A stretch of 38,301 nucleotides of DNA from a virus. Taxonomy: Duplodnaviria; Caudoviricetes. The translations under genes and the position numbers were made by a program. Where the stretch lies: positions 1 through 38,301 of the IMG/VR virus record IMGVR_UViG_3300025653_000094; one strand, given 5' to 3'. The notes beneath the pieces were generated by a model. That model was given only the letters and a program-made list of their open reading frames with translations, ran no database searches and had not been told where the DNA came from. Numbering within the stretch: position 1 is the first letter of the stretch; each line of letters starts with the position of its first letter. Shown here piece after piece: positions 18,073-25,437 of the stretch.

Positions 18073-19020
18073 TTAAGCGGCGGCTTGGAATACTGAGGAG
18101 TGGACAGTTTTCCTGACAACCTCTTGTCTTTTATGTCGCACTGAGGCAATGTTTATCTCCGAAGCTTTTCTAGCGGCAGGAGCATGAGTTGACCAATCAG
18201 TGAGAGTATTATACAGCGCCCACTTATTGTTGCCAAGCCTTGATTTGTATGTAGCCCATTCTCGCCAAAGATAATTTAAGACACTATTAAATCGCGGTAG
18301 CCCGTCAAAAATCTCTGACCAATTACTAGCACCCCCAGCAATCAAAGCCTTTACTTGATCTAAACACCCAGCGGCTTCAGCAAAAACAAACATAGCTTGC
18401 TGTTCATCGACAGTAGTATTACTCCACTTATGCCACGTTTCTCGTTCAGTCTCAAATACTTCTAAAGCTTTTACAATAAGTCTAGAGCCGCGATCAACGT
18501 CGAGGTTCTGAGTGTGTCGGCCCTTGAATACTGTAATCTCACCCGAAGTAAATACTTGAAGATTAAGACAAGCAAACTGGTGGGCGGCGACACTCATCAT
18601 GAAGGGCCAAGAACTATCAAAAGATGTGATGCCCAATAAAACTAAAGAAGCATTGTCACCTTTTGGAGTCTCGTAAGTATGATTCGGTAAAGTATATTTT
18701 ACAAACGTGCGACTACCGTTGTGGCTGGTTTGTATATCTTCTTTGATACCGTCAGTGTTTAAACCGCTCCGCATAATAATATCGCGTTGGGCCTGAATAA
18801 GTTTCTTTGGGGCGACAGGCTTATACTTAGGGCCATGCACTCCAAGTTCTTGCATAGTATCTGTACGAACTATCGCAACTTTAGATGAATGATGCCAGCC
18901 ATCGTTGTCATCAAAATACATTAGAGGAACTGTTGATACTTCAAAGTTAGCATCATGATCGTCTGAAAAAGGCGAATCAGAAACAAGTGCTTTATTGAAA
19001 ATAGATACTACGTTTTCCAT
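18073..19020 (-). CDS. DUF932 family protein
   Basis: LGVHG-x-x-YKPV, TSFDSS, ACLN, RHT, WALYN-x-LTDWSTH; GGAG RBS before ATG 19020. Confidence 0.8.
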   Translation of the reverse strand: MENVVSIFNKALVSDSPFSDDHDANFEVSTVPLMYFDDNDGWHHSSKVAIVRTDTMQELGVHGPKYKPVAPKKLIQAQRDIIMRSGLNTDGIKEDIQTSHNGSRTFVKYTLPNHTYETPKGDNASLVLLGITSFDSSWPFMMSVAAHQFACLNLQVFTSGEITVFKGRHTQNLDVDRGSRLIVKALEVFETERETWHKWSNTTVDEQQAMFVFAEAAGCLDQVKALIAGGASNWSEIFDGLPRFNSVLNYLWREWATYKSRLGNNKWALYNTLTDWSTHAPAARKASEINIASVRHKRQEVVRKTVHSSVFQAAA

Positions 19021-19040
19021 GATAAACTCCAAGTTTAGTT

Positions 19041-19643
19041 TTACACCATCAAGTAATCGTAATGTACTTTTGAAACTTCAAAGCCATTAGACCACACTGA
19101 ATTTTTTGTTGCAAGAAAATTACACCAAGTATCCCAAAGATTTTCAGTACCTATATTGTGACATATAGAAATGTACTTGTTTATCTTTTCATCTCTTTTA
19201 TCTTGAGACTTCAAAGACTTTGGTAACTTTAAAATCTTTTCATCAATACCATACAGCCTAATATTATGAAGGTCAATACAACCTACTAAGCCTGCTGATA
19301 ATTGACAAACAAAACCAGCCTTCACCATACCAAGACCGTCAACACGAAGAAAGATTTTCATAAGTGAATATGCTTTTTCGGTATCGGATTTACTTGAGTT
19401 TATAACTGCAAGATATTGATTGTGGATGAAGTCCTTACGTTTAGTTATATATTCATAGGCTCTCCGCTTGTTACCCCAAAGGAATTTAGAATTAATCCCA
19501 TGTTGTTTTACATCTGCCATTTGATTTCCGACAGACACCCAAGGTTGCTGAATGCTCAAGACCACCATAGTAATTACATTAACTAGATTATCACTAGATT
19601 CTTTTGCGTAATCTTGGATCGCTTTTGCATGAATAGAATACAT
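19041..19643 (-). CDS. Putative HhH-GPD-like DNA glycosylase
   Basis: Helix-hairpin-helix-like VDGLGMVKA followed by CIDLHNIR (D-x-H). Confidence 0.55.
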   Translation of the reverse strand: MYSIHAKAIQDYAKESSDNLVNVITMVVLSIQQPWVSVGNQMADVKQHGINSKFLWGNKRRAYEYITKRKDFIHNQYLAVINSSKSDTEKAYSLMKIFLRVDGLGMVKAGFVCQLSAGLVGCIDLHNIRLYGIDEKILKLPKSLKSQDKRDEKINKYISICHNIGTENLWDTWCNFLATKNSVWSNGFEVSKVHYDYLMV

Positions 19644-19645
19644 AC

Positions 19646-19849
19646 TTACCTCTCAGCGTTGAAGTCAAGCGGCGAGAGCCGCCCCATAATTAAATCCAAT
19701 TCTTTGCTAGACATTCGCGGCATAGCCTCACCAGCACTAAGTCTACCCTTTTGCCAATCGTCCATTTCCTCCAATGTGGTTGGCAGTTTTATTACTATAG
19801 GATAATCGTCAGAAAGACAAGCACTAAATATAAAATCAGTATGCGACAT
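19646..19849 (-). CDS. Hypothetical protein
   Basis: 67 aa; GGAGG RBS. Confidence 0.7.
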   Translation of the reverse strand: MSHTDFIFSACLSDDYPIVIKLPTTLEEMDDWQKGRLSAGEAMPRMSSKELDLIMGRLSPLDFNAER

Positions 19850-19863
19850 TCTTCACAGCCTCC

Positions 19864-20121
19864 TCATCGAATTTTTAATAAACAAAAATCACGCTTATCA
19901 TTTATTTTATAAAAAGAATATCGGCCTTTGAGGTGGTCTGCGGCGGCGGCTTGAGTTTTCTGGGCGTCTTTTTTAGAAACAATAAACCATTGTCCGGGTT
20001 TCATACTTTCAAATTTATCTCTCCAAGTTGATCCTCTACCCCTAAAATTAAATGGCTGTGGCGCTTCTCCAGAATTTATAGTGTAATATTCGGGGGAAGG
20101 TGCTTTTGTATCTTCATACAT
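19864..20121 (-). CDS. Hypothetical protein, possibly DNA-binding
   Basis: 85 aa; GGAG RBS; RGRGS-x-W...F-x-x-M-x-x-G-x-x-F pattern. Confidence 0.7.
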   Translation of the reverse strand: MYEDTKAPSPEYYTINSGEAPQPFNFRGRGSTWRDKFESMKPGQWFIVSKKDAQKTQAAAADHLKGRYSFYKINDKRDFCLLKIR

Positions 20122-20172
20122 AATATATCTCCAAGTGATGATGCGACAGGACAGCCCCGCCGCTTTTACGAA

Positions 20173-20218
20173 AGGATCTTTAAAGCCCTTTCACCTTGTT
20201 CAAGGGCTTTAAAGTCCT
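20173..20218. repeat. 13-bp perfect inverted repeat, copy 1
   Basis: CTTTAAAGCCCTT (20178-20190), 11-nt loop, AAGGGCTTTAAAG (20202-20214); stem extends past a bulge. Confidence 0.9.
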
Positions 20219-20433
20219 GAAGTATTTTCAACATAAAGACTCTGATATACTTCGTCACGGTTGGTATTCCAAGGAAGCCCTCGACAACTCATACAAATAT
20301 TATCGTCGGCTTCGGCATCAAACAATAAATGTTTTTCAGATACTTTATTTTTACATTTGCCACACTCTTGAAACCAGCCAGTAGGATACTGACCCCAGAA
20401 ACCACGACAATTAGACTTTCTAAATTTAATCAT
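20209..20433 (-). CDS. Putative zinc-finger protein
   Basis: CGKC...CMSC; ATGA coupling. Confidence 0.65.
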   Translation of the reverse strand: MIKFRKSNCRGFWGQYPTGWFQECGKCKNKVSEKHLLFDAEADDNICMSCRGLPWNTNRDEVYQSLYVENTSGL

Positions 20434-20657
20434 TTAACTATCTCCACATCTGATTCAGTTTCGATTACAACTCTCGCACCACAAGATAATATAGGTTTAC
20501 CGTTGCCACTGTACCGTAAAACTGAAGGCCCATTGATGCTGACTTCGTGACAATAAGTATTTGATCTGCCTCGCTTTATAGTAATAACAGGCTCATCCGT
20601 ACCATATTTTTTATTAGCACGAATCTTGTGCTGATTAACGTGGATATAAGTTTTCAT
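20430..20657 (-). CDS. Hypothetical phage protein (IHVNQH...LSCGARV-x-IET)
   Basis: 75 aa; pattern recalled from other aquatic phages; coupled overlaps. Confidence 0.75.
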   Translation of the reverse strand: MKTYIHVNQHKIRANKKYGTDEPVITIKRGRSNTYCHEVSINGPSVLRYSGNGKPILSCGARVVIETESDVEIVK

Positions 20658-20941
20658 AATACTATTTCCTTGTGATCGTCTATAACGTGAACCAACTCAT
20701 AAACCCTATTGAAATTCAACCAGCCGATAACATCGTCATCAGCATCAGGAAAAACTTCTTTAGTTTTAAAGTTACCTTTGGAATCTAATACAGCAAGCTC
20801 CCACCGTCCTCGCTCACCCATGTGTTCCCTATTGCCGTAGCTGATAGGGTTTTGAACAGCCGATGCAAACAAGCCGTTAGAAAATTTATAAAGCCTTTGG
20901 ATTCCTCCAAGGCGAGTATTTATTTCCATATCCCAACTCAT
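20654..20941 (-). CDS. Hypothetical phage protein (F-x-NG-x-x-AS...SYG...WELAVL...DVIGWL)
   Basis: 95 aa; coupled overlaps. Confidence 0.75.
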   Translation of the reverse strand: MSWDMEINTRLGGIQRLYKFSNGLFASAVQNPISYGNREHMGERGRWELAVLDSKGNFKTKEVFPDADDDVIGWLNFNRVYELVHVIDDHKEIVL

Positions 20942-21144
20942 TCTTCATCTCCCCAACAAGTGTCACAAAGATAAAAATTATTTGAATGCCCCATAATAAC
21001 TTCACGTTGGCTAGGTGTTAAGTCAGGCCAAACATTCTGAACCAACTGATTATTATGGAAATAATTGCGGTAATCGTCAGAAAAAACCTCAATAGAATTA
21101 ATCGTAGGACAAGCGTGGCACTTAGCACTAATGGTTAATAACAT
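20938..21144 (-). CDS. Zinc-binding hypothetical protein
   Basis: CHAC...CDTCW; start moved to ATG 21144 with GAGGA RBS. Confidence 0.7.
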   Translation of the reverse strand: MLLTISAKCHACPTINSIEVFSDDYRNYFHNNQLVQNVWPDLTPSQREVIMGHSNNFYLCDTCWGDEE

Positions 21145-21148
21145 AATA

Positions 21149-21334
21149 TTATTCCTCATCATCATTACAACAATTTTTAAGTTCAATTAATTTATCCATT
21201 GCTACAAACAATAGATGCTGATCGCCATCATCCATTAAATTATCAACAACTTGGTCGATGTTTCTCAACGCTATGTCAAGACGTTCAACAATAAAATCTA
21301 TAACGTCTTGTCTGGACATTTCATCACCACTCAT
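21149..21334 (-). CDS. Hypothetical protein
   Basis: 61 aa; GAGGA RBS. Confidence 0.65.
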   Translation of the reverse strand: MSGDEMSRQDVIDFIVERLDIALRNIDQVVDNLMDDGDQHLLFVAMDKLIELKNCCNDDEE

Positions 21335-21349
21335 ACGCTTTCCTCAGTT

Positions 21350-21397
21350 CAGAGATCTTTAAAGCCCTTTCATTCTTCAAGGGCTTTAAAGACTCTG
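21350..21397. repeat. 13-bp perfect inverted repeat, copy 2 (arms identical to copy 1)
   Basis: CTTTAAAGCCCTT (21357-21369), 9-nt loop, AAGGGCTTTAAAG (21379-21391); stem extends past a bulge. Confidence 0.9.
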
Positions 21398-21408
21398 GAT
21401 TGTATAAA

Positions 21409-21507
21409 TTAAATAGCAATAAGCACAACAGCAACGACAGTAAAGATATAACAGCCTGCAAGGATCATCAGGCGAGATTCTTTATATTTGGCTTCAGCGT
21501 GTGTCAT
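21409..21507 (-). CDS. Small single-pass membrane protein (32 aa, not in the ORF track)
   Basis: MTHAEAKYKESRLMILAGCYIFTVVAVVLIAI; GGGAG RBS. Confidence 0.55.
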   Translation of the reverse strand: MTHAEAKYKESRLMILAGCYIFTVVAVVLIAI

Positions 21508-21509
21508 CT

Positions 21510-21695
21510 TTATAGCTCCCTTAGCTCGGTAGGTTGAACGATAACTTTAAAGCCCAGCGACTTAATTAAAATTATTACATAAGGCGTCAAAGTTTTAGTG
21601 CCTGCAATCTCTGCAAAGTCGTGAGCTTTGGGACAAACGGGATAGATATGCTCTACCCCGTAGTTATTTTTAATCTTGACAGTAATACTATTCAC
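21510..21695 (-). CDS. Hypothetical phage protein (YG...YPVC...AGTKTLT...LGF)
   Basis: 61 aa; GTG start with GGAGG RBS. Confidence 0.7.
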   Translation of the reverse strand: MNSITVKIKNNYGVEHIYPVCPKAHDFAEIAGTKTLTPYVIILIKSLGFKVIVQPTELREL

Positions 21696-21856
21696 TGATC
21701 TTCCTCCGCATATTTTCTATATCGCTCGACATGAGCTTTGAATTGCTCATCATCCATAAAGCCTGTGATAGTTAATATATCTACATTCTGATAACGTGGG
21801 CTATTTTGGATGCGCTCTAATTCTTTCCACTCGATTGTTTCGTAACGACTGCTCAT
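21692..21856 (-). CDS. Small hypothetical protein (54 aa, not in the ORF track)
   Basis: MSSRYETIEW...NVDILTITGFMD...; AGGA RBS; GTGA coupling. Confidence 0.65.
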   Translation of the reverse strand: MSSRYETIEWKELERIQNSPRYQNVDILTITGFMDDEQFKAHVERYRKYAEEDQ

Positions 21857-21884
21857 AATATTTATCCTGTGTGAGAGAGGGATT

Positions 21885-21906
21885 GAAAGCCCCGCCGAAA
21901 CGGGGC
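21885..21906 (-). terminator. GC-rich hairpin, probable weak terminator after the first early gene
   Basis: Minus strand GCCCCGT-TTCG-GCGGGGC-TTTC (UUCG loop, short U tail). Confidence 0.6.
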
Positions 21907-21916
21907 GATATAATAT

Positions 21917-22390
21917 TTACTCGCTGTCAGGCTCTTCTGTGATGTACGCCATGATTACATCGAGCTTGGCATCTAGCGTAGCTAGTCGCTTGCTGTGATC
22001 TTCTGAGGCTTTCTCAAGCCTAAACACTCGACCAGTAATCTTTTCAAAGTGATCTTTGAAGTCACCGGCTGACATCTCCGATGGCTTTGGAGAAGCCTTA
22101 GTTTTAGCGGGTGTCGCTTTAGCCTTCGGCTTTTTCACCTGAATCATCTTGGTGAACTTGGCGGGAACTTTAGTTCCTTTCTTCCAAGTGTCGATATCAC
22201 CCATGGTGATTGGAGTGTCTGAATGCTCTGCATTCCAACGTAACATTACAGCGGGGTAGACCTTTGAAAGTCCGTAGACTTCCTTTGGAGTCTCGCCCTT
22301 TAGTTCGGCAAAGTGACGCCCTACCATGTAGATTTGCTTGCCATTGGCATTTGCGGCAGGATCTGTGATTTCGATAGCTTGGTTGCTCAT
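21917..22390 (-). CDS. First early gene, hypothetical (Lys/Ala/Pro linker, C-terminal coiled coil)
   Basis: Start at ATG 22390 with GGAG RBS; 157 aa. Confidence 0.75.
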   Translation of the reverse strand: MSNQAIEITDPAANANGKQIYMVGRHFAELKGETPKEVYGLSKVYPAVMLRWNAEHSDTPITMGDIDTWKKGTKVPAKFTKMIQVKKPKAKATPAKTKASPKPSEMSAGDFKDHFEKITGRVFRLEKASEDHSKRLATLDAKLDVIMAYITEEPDSE

Positions 22391-22459
22391 ATGTATCTCC
22401 GTCAGGGCTTTGCCCCGTAAGTTGGTTTGAGCCAAGGCGGTCATCGCCAAGGCCATTCC

Positions 22460-22488
22460 AAGTTAAGCGAGGCGCTGAAAATTGTCAA
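22460..22488 (-). promoter_or_regulatory. Sigma70 early promoter
   Basis: TTGACA (22488-22483), 17 nt, TAACTT (22465-22460). Confidence 0.75.
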
Positions 22489-22500
22489 CGTCTTTCCCTG

Positions 22501-22930
22501 CGCATTATGCGGTTGTGAAAGAGTGTGTGACGCGATCACGGGTGCTTGCTTGAGATTCTTCGGAGAGTTAAATAATACCGTAGGTATTTTTTATTAAAGT
22601 TTTGAAATCTATAGAAATCTTTTTAGATTTCTAAAAATTTTTAAACTCTTTGGAGGTCTTCTAGTTTAGGAAACTAGAAAATCTCTGGCGGGGGGTTAAA
22701 AAATCTTTAGAGATTTTTTAAAATTCTTTGGAGGGTTCTGGAGATGGGGCAATAACTATTAAAAACTCTGGAGAGTTTTCAAGTGCGTAAGGCGTGGGCA
22801 GGTGTCCATGGGGGGGTGGGTGTATATATACTCAATGTCATACATTTCCAAAGACTTTGAGTGTCAACCAGTTTGTCGCCCAACTCCAAAGTCTTTAAAA
22901 CGGGTAGCTAAATCTATATGTACCCGGTGG
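22501..22930. repeat. Non-coding array of short inverted repeats; candidate genome terminus/origin region
   Basis: IRs at 22574-22588, 22612-22633, 22632-22643, 22659-22679, 22696-22721, 22762-22779, 22850-22896, 22901-22926; no ORF of 60 aa or more. Confidence 0.75.
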
Positions 22931-22942
22931 GCTACATAGTCT

Positions 22943-22971
22943 ATTATATACATGAAAATGAATTTTGTCAA
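22943..22971 (-). promoter_or_regulatory. Perfect-consensus sigma70 promoter, leftward
   Basis: TTGACA (22971-22966), 17 nt, TATAAT (22948-22943). Confidence 0.85.
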
Positions 22972-23012
22972 GACTTTTGCCAACTATTACCAAAAAACAA
23001 TGTATATACTAC

Positions 23013-23041
23013 TTGACAGTTTCTAATATCAGGTATATAAT
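23013..23041 (+). promoter_or_regulatory. Perfect-consensus sigma70 promoter for the packaging/structural arm
   Basis: TTGACA (23013-23018), 17 nt, TATAAT (23036-23041). Confidence 0.88.
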
Positions 23042-23049
23042 ATATAGTT

Positions 23050-23445
23050 ATGAATAAAGAATTAACTATAAAACAACAATCGTTTCTTGACAACCTTATG
23101 TCTTGTAACGGTGACGCAAAAAAAGCAGCAGAGCTTGCGGGGTATGCTGAAGGCTCATATACATCCGTAGTTAAAGCACTTAAAACAGAAATAATTGAAC
23201 TAGCCGAGAGTATATTAGCTCAAAGCGCCCCTAAAGCCGCTCTAAAGCTCGTTGAGGTCATGGACAGTGAACAGCCCATACCCCAAGCTAACGTCCGTCT
23301 ACAAGCCGCTCAGACGCTCCTAGACCGCGTAGGACTAGCTAAGACAGACAAACTAGATGTAAATGTACAAGGTTCAAATGGTCTTTTCATTTTACCAGCC
23401 AAACAAGAAGTAATTATTGAAGGCTCTTATGAAGAGGCGCAGTAG
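23050..23445 (+). CDS. terS: Terminase small subunit
   Basis: LT-x-KQ-x-x-F...AAELAGY HTH; AA-x-x-LLDR-x-G; upstream of terL. Confidence 0.8.
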   Translation: MNKELTIKQQSFLDNLMSCNGDAKKAAELAGYAEGSYTSVVKALKTEIIELAESILAQSAPKAALKLVEVMDSEQPIPQANVRLQAAQTLLDRVGLAKTDKLDVNVQGSNGLFILPAKQEVIIEGSYEEAQ

Positions 23446-23653
23446 CAGTACTATTCCATTTGGCTATAAGCTAATGGAAGATGGAGAACACTTAGAAGAA
23501 ATTGAGGTCGAATTAAAAGCCCTCAATAAAATTGTTCCGCTAGTAAAAAATAAAGTTTTATCTTTACGCGAAGGAGCAATGTGGATTGAATACGATACGG
23601 GTAGAAGTATTTCTCATACTGGCCTAAAAAAGATTGCAGATCGCTATGAATGA
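23429..23653 (+). CDS. Small putative DNA-binding protein (IPFGY; resembles the serine-recombinase DNA-binding domain)
   Basis: IPFGYK...SLRE-x-A-x-W...GR-x-ISH-x-GL-x-K; overlaps terS and terL. Confidence 0.65.
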   Translation: MKRRSSSTIPFGYKLMEDGEHLEEIEVELKALNKIVPLVKNKVLSLREGAMWIEYDTGRSISHTGLKKIADRYE

Positions 23654-25325
23654 TTGGGAGACTAACCCCGATGCGTATATGCGAAACGACAACGGGGATT
23701 TTATACTCAAAAAGGATGGAACACCTCGTAAAAAAACTGGCAGACCCAAAGGTTCGTCAGGTCGAGGCTACAACTACCACTCCCAAACCAAGGCCAAAAT
23801 TGAAGCAAGAAAAACTGTACGAAAGAAAGAAAAACGATTAGCGCAGGTACGCACCAAACTAGAAAACTACAAAAGGTCGCTTGACACTTCTAAGAGTACC
23901 TTAAAAAAATTAGAAGGAACTGAGGCAAAAGCCGAGGGTAAAATAACAACAGAAACGGCTAATTTGCCCAAGGCGTTAAGGACTGTCGCAGAAGAGAATG
24001 TCATCTTTAGGCCCAACGACGGCCCACAAACTGACTTTCTTGCCGCTTCTGAGACTGATGTTTTGTATGGTGGTGCGGCTGGTGGAGGCAAGAGCTATGC
24101 GATGTTGGTTGATCCTCTTCGCTTTGCTCATCGGGCCGCGCATAGGGCTTTAATCCTGCGGCGTTCTATGCCAGAGTTACGCGAACTCATAGACAAATCT
24201 CGTGAACTCTACCCGAAAGCCTTTCCCGGTTGTAAGTACAAAGAAGTAGAAAAGCTCTGGAACTTTCCGTCAGGAGCTAAAATAGAATTTGGATTCTTGG
24301 AAAGAGATGCAGATGTTTATCGCTACCAAGGACAAGCGTATAGTTGGATTGGGTTTGATGAGATTACGCACCAAGCTACAGAGTTTTCTTGGAATTACTT
24401 GGCTTCACGATTGCGTACAACAGATCCAGAGATTATACCTTATATGCGGTGTACCGCTAACCCCGGTGGTGTTGGAGCGCATTGGGTAAAGAAAAGATAT
24501 ATTGATCCTTCACCGCCCTACGAAAGTTTTAAGGGCGCAGACGGATTAACAAGAAAGTTTATACCGGCTAGGTTGGACGATAATCCATACTTAGCCAATG
24601 ATGGTCGATACGAACAAATGCTGAAGGCGTTGCCACCTACGCAACGCAGACAGCTACTAGAAGGTGATTGGGAGGTTGCAGAAGGTGCGGCCTTCACAGA
24701 GTTTGATAGAAACCTTCATGTTATTGCACCTTTTGAAATCCCAATGCACTGGGAAAGAATTAAGGGCATTGACTATGGATATGCTTCAGAATCAGCTTGT
24801 GTCTGGGGAGCCGTAGACAAAGACGATGGCACACTAATAATTTATAGAGAATTGTATCGTAAAGGTCTACTAGGCACTGACCTAGCTCACATAATATCTG
24901 AAATGGAGCTAAATGATCCAATGAGCGTTCCGGGCGTATTAGATACAGCGTGTTGGAACAGAACAGGGCAAACAGGCCCAACAGTCGGAGAAACACTAGT
25001 TAAGGCTGGTCATAAACTCCGAAGAGCAGATAAAAACAGGGTTGCAGGAAAAATTCAAATCCATGAATACTTGAAGACTCAGCAAAGCGGAAGGCCCAAA
25101 ATACAAATATTTAATACTTGTCCTAACCTGATACGCGAACTTCAAAGTATTCCTCTGGATAAAAGTAACCCTGAAGATGTTGATACTCATGCGCCTGATC
25201 ATGCGTATGATGCTTTAAGGTATTTGATCATGGCTAGACCAAGAGTAAATGATACTTATAGCCAAATTCGTCAGTTTCATAGAGAAACTGTATTTCAACC
25301 AGCAGACGGAACATTTGGATATTAA
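23646..25325 (+). CDS. terL: Terminase large subunit with a basic N-terminal extension
   Basis: Walker A YGGAAGGGKS, Walker B WIGFDE, CTANPGG, nuclease GIDYG and DHAYDALRY. Confidence 0.95.
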   Translation: MNDWETNPDAYMRNDNGDFILKKDGTPRKKTGRPKGSSGRGYNYHSQTKAKIEARKTVRKKEKRLAQVRTKLENYKRSLDTSKSTLKKLEGTEAKAEGKITTETANLPKALRTVAEENVIFRPNDGPQTDFLAASETDVLYGGAAGGGKSYAMLVDPLRFAHRAAHRALILRRSMPELRELIDKSRELYPKAFPGCKYKEVEKLWNFPSGAKIEFGFLERDADVYRYQGQAYSWIGFDEITHQATEFSWNYLASRLRTTDPEIIPYMRCTANPGGVGAHWVKKRYIDPSPPYESFKGADGLTRKFIPARLDDNPYLANDGRYEQMLKALPPTQRRQLLEGDWEVAEGAAFTEFDRNLHVIAPFEIPMHWERIKGIDYGYASESACVWGAVDKDDGTLIIYRELYRKGLLGTDLAHIISEMELNDPMSVPGVLDTACWNRTGQTGPTVGETLVKAGHKLRRADKNRVAGKIQIHEYLKTQQSGRPKIQIFNTCPNLIRELQSIPLDKSNPEDVDTHAPDHAYDALRYLIMARPRVNDTYSQIRQFHRETVFQPADGTFGY

Positions 25326-25435
25326 TGAACAAAAAAGTTTGGCGACCGTTAAATACATACGGTATTTATTTTTTAGGAATTACGGTTGGGTGGACAATGA
25401 TATATGCTCTCGTTAGCCTAACAACAATAGGATAA
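25325..25435 (+). CDS. Small membrane protein (36 aa, not in the ORF track)
   Basis: MNKKVWRPLNTYGIYFLGITVGWTMIYALVSLTTIG; TAATG-coupled to terL; ends 2 nt before the portal ATG. Confidence 0.55.
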   Translation: MNKKVWRPLNTYGIYFLGITVGWTMIYALVSLTTIG

Positions 25436-25437
25436 TC

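Noticed and set aside
22838-22867. Third leftward TTGACA with a possible TATGAC -10 box
   Set aside because: 19-nt spacer and a poor -10 match
24447-24470. RCTANPGG in TerL, and RVDIRSGS in the tail fibre near 36434, matching R-x5-G-G/S
   Set aside because: The first is the conserved terminase coupling motif and the second lacks the downstream hydrophobic residue; treated as chance background
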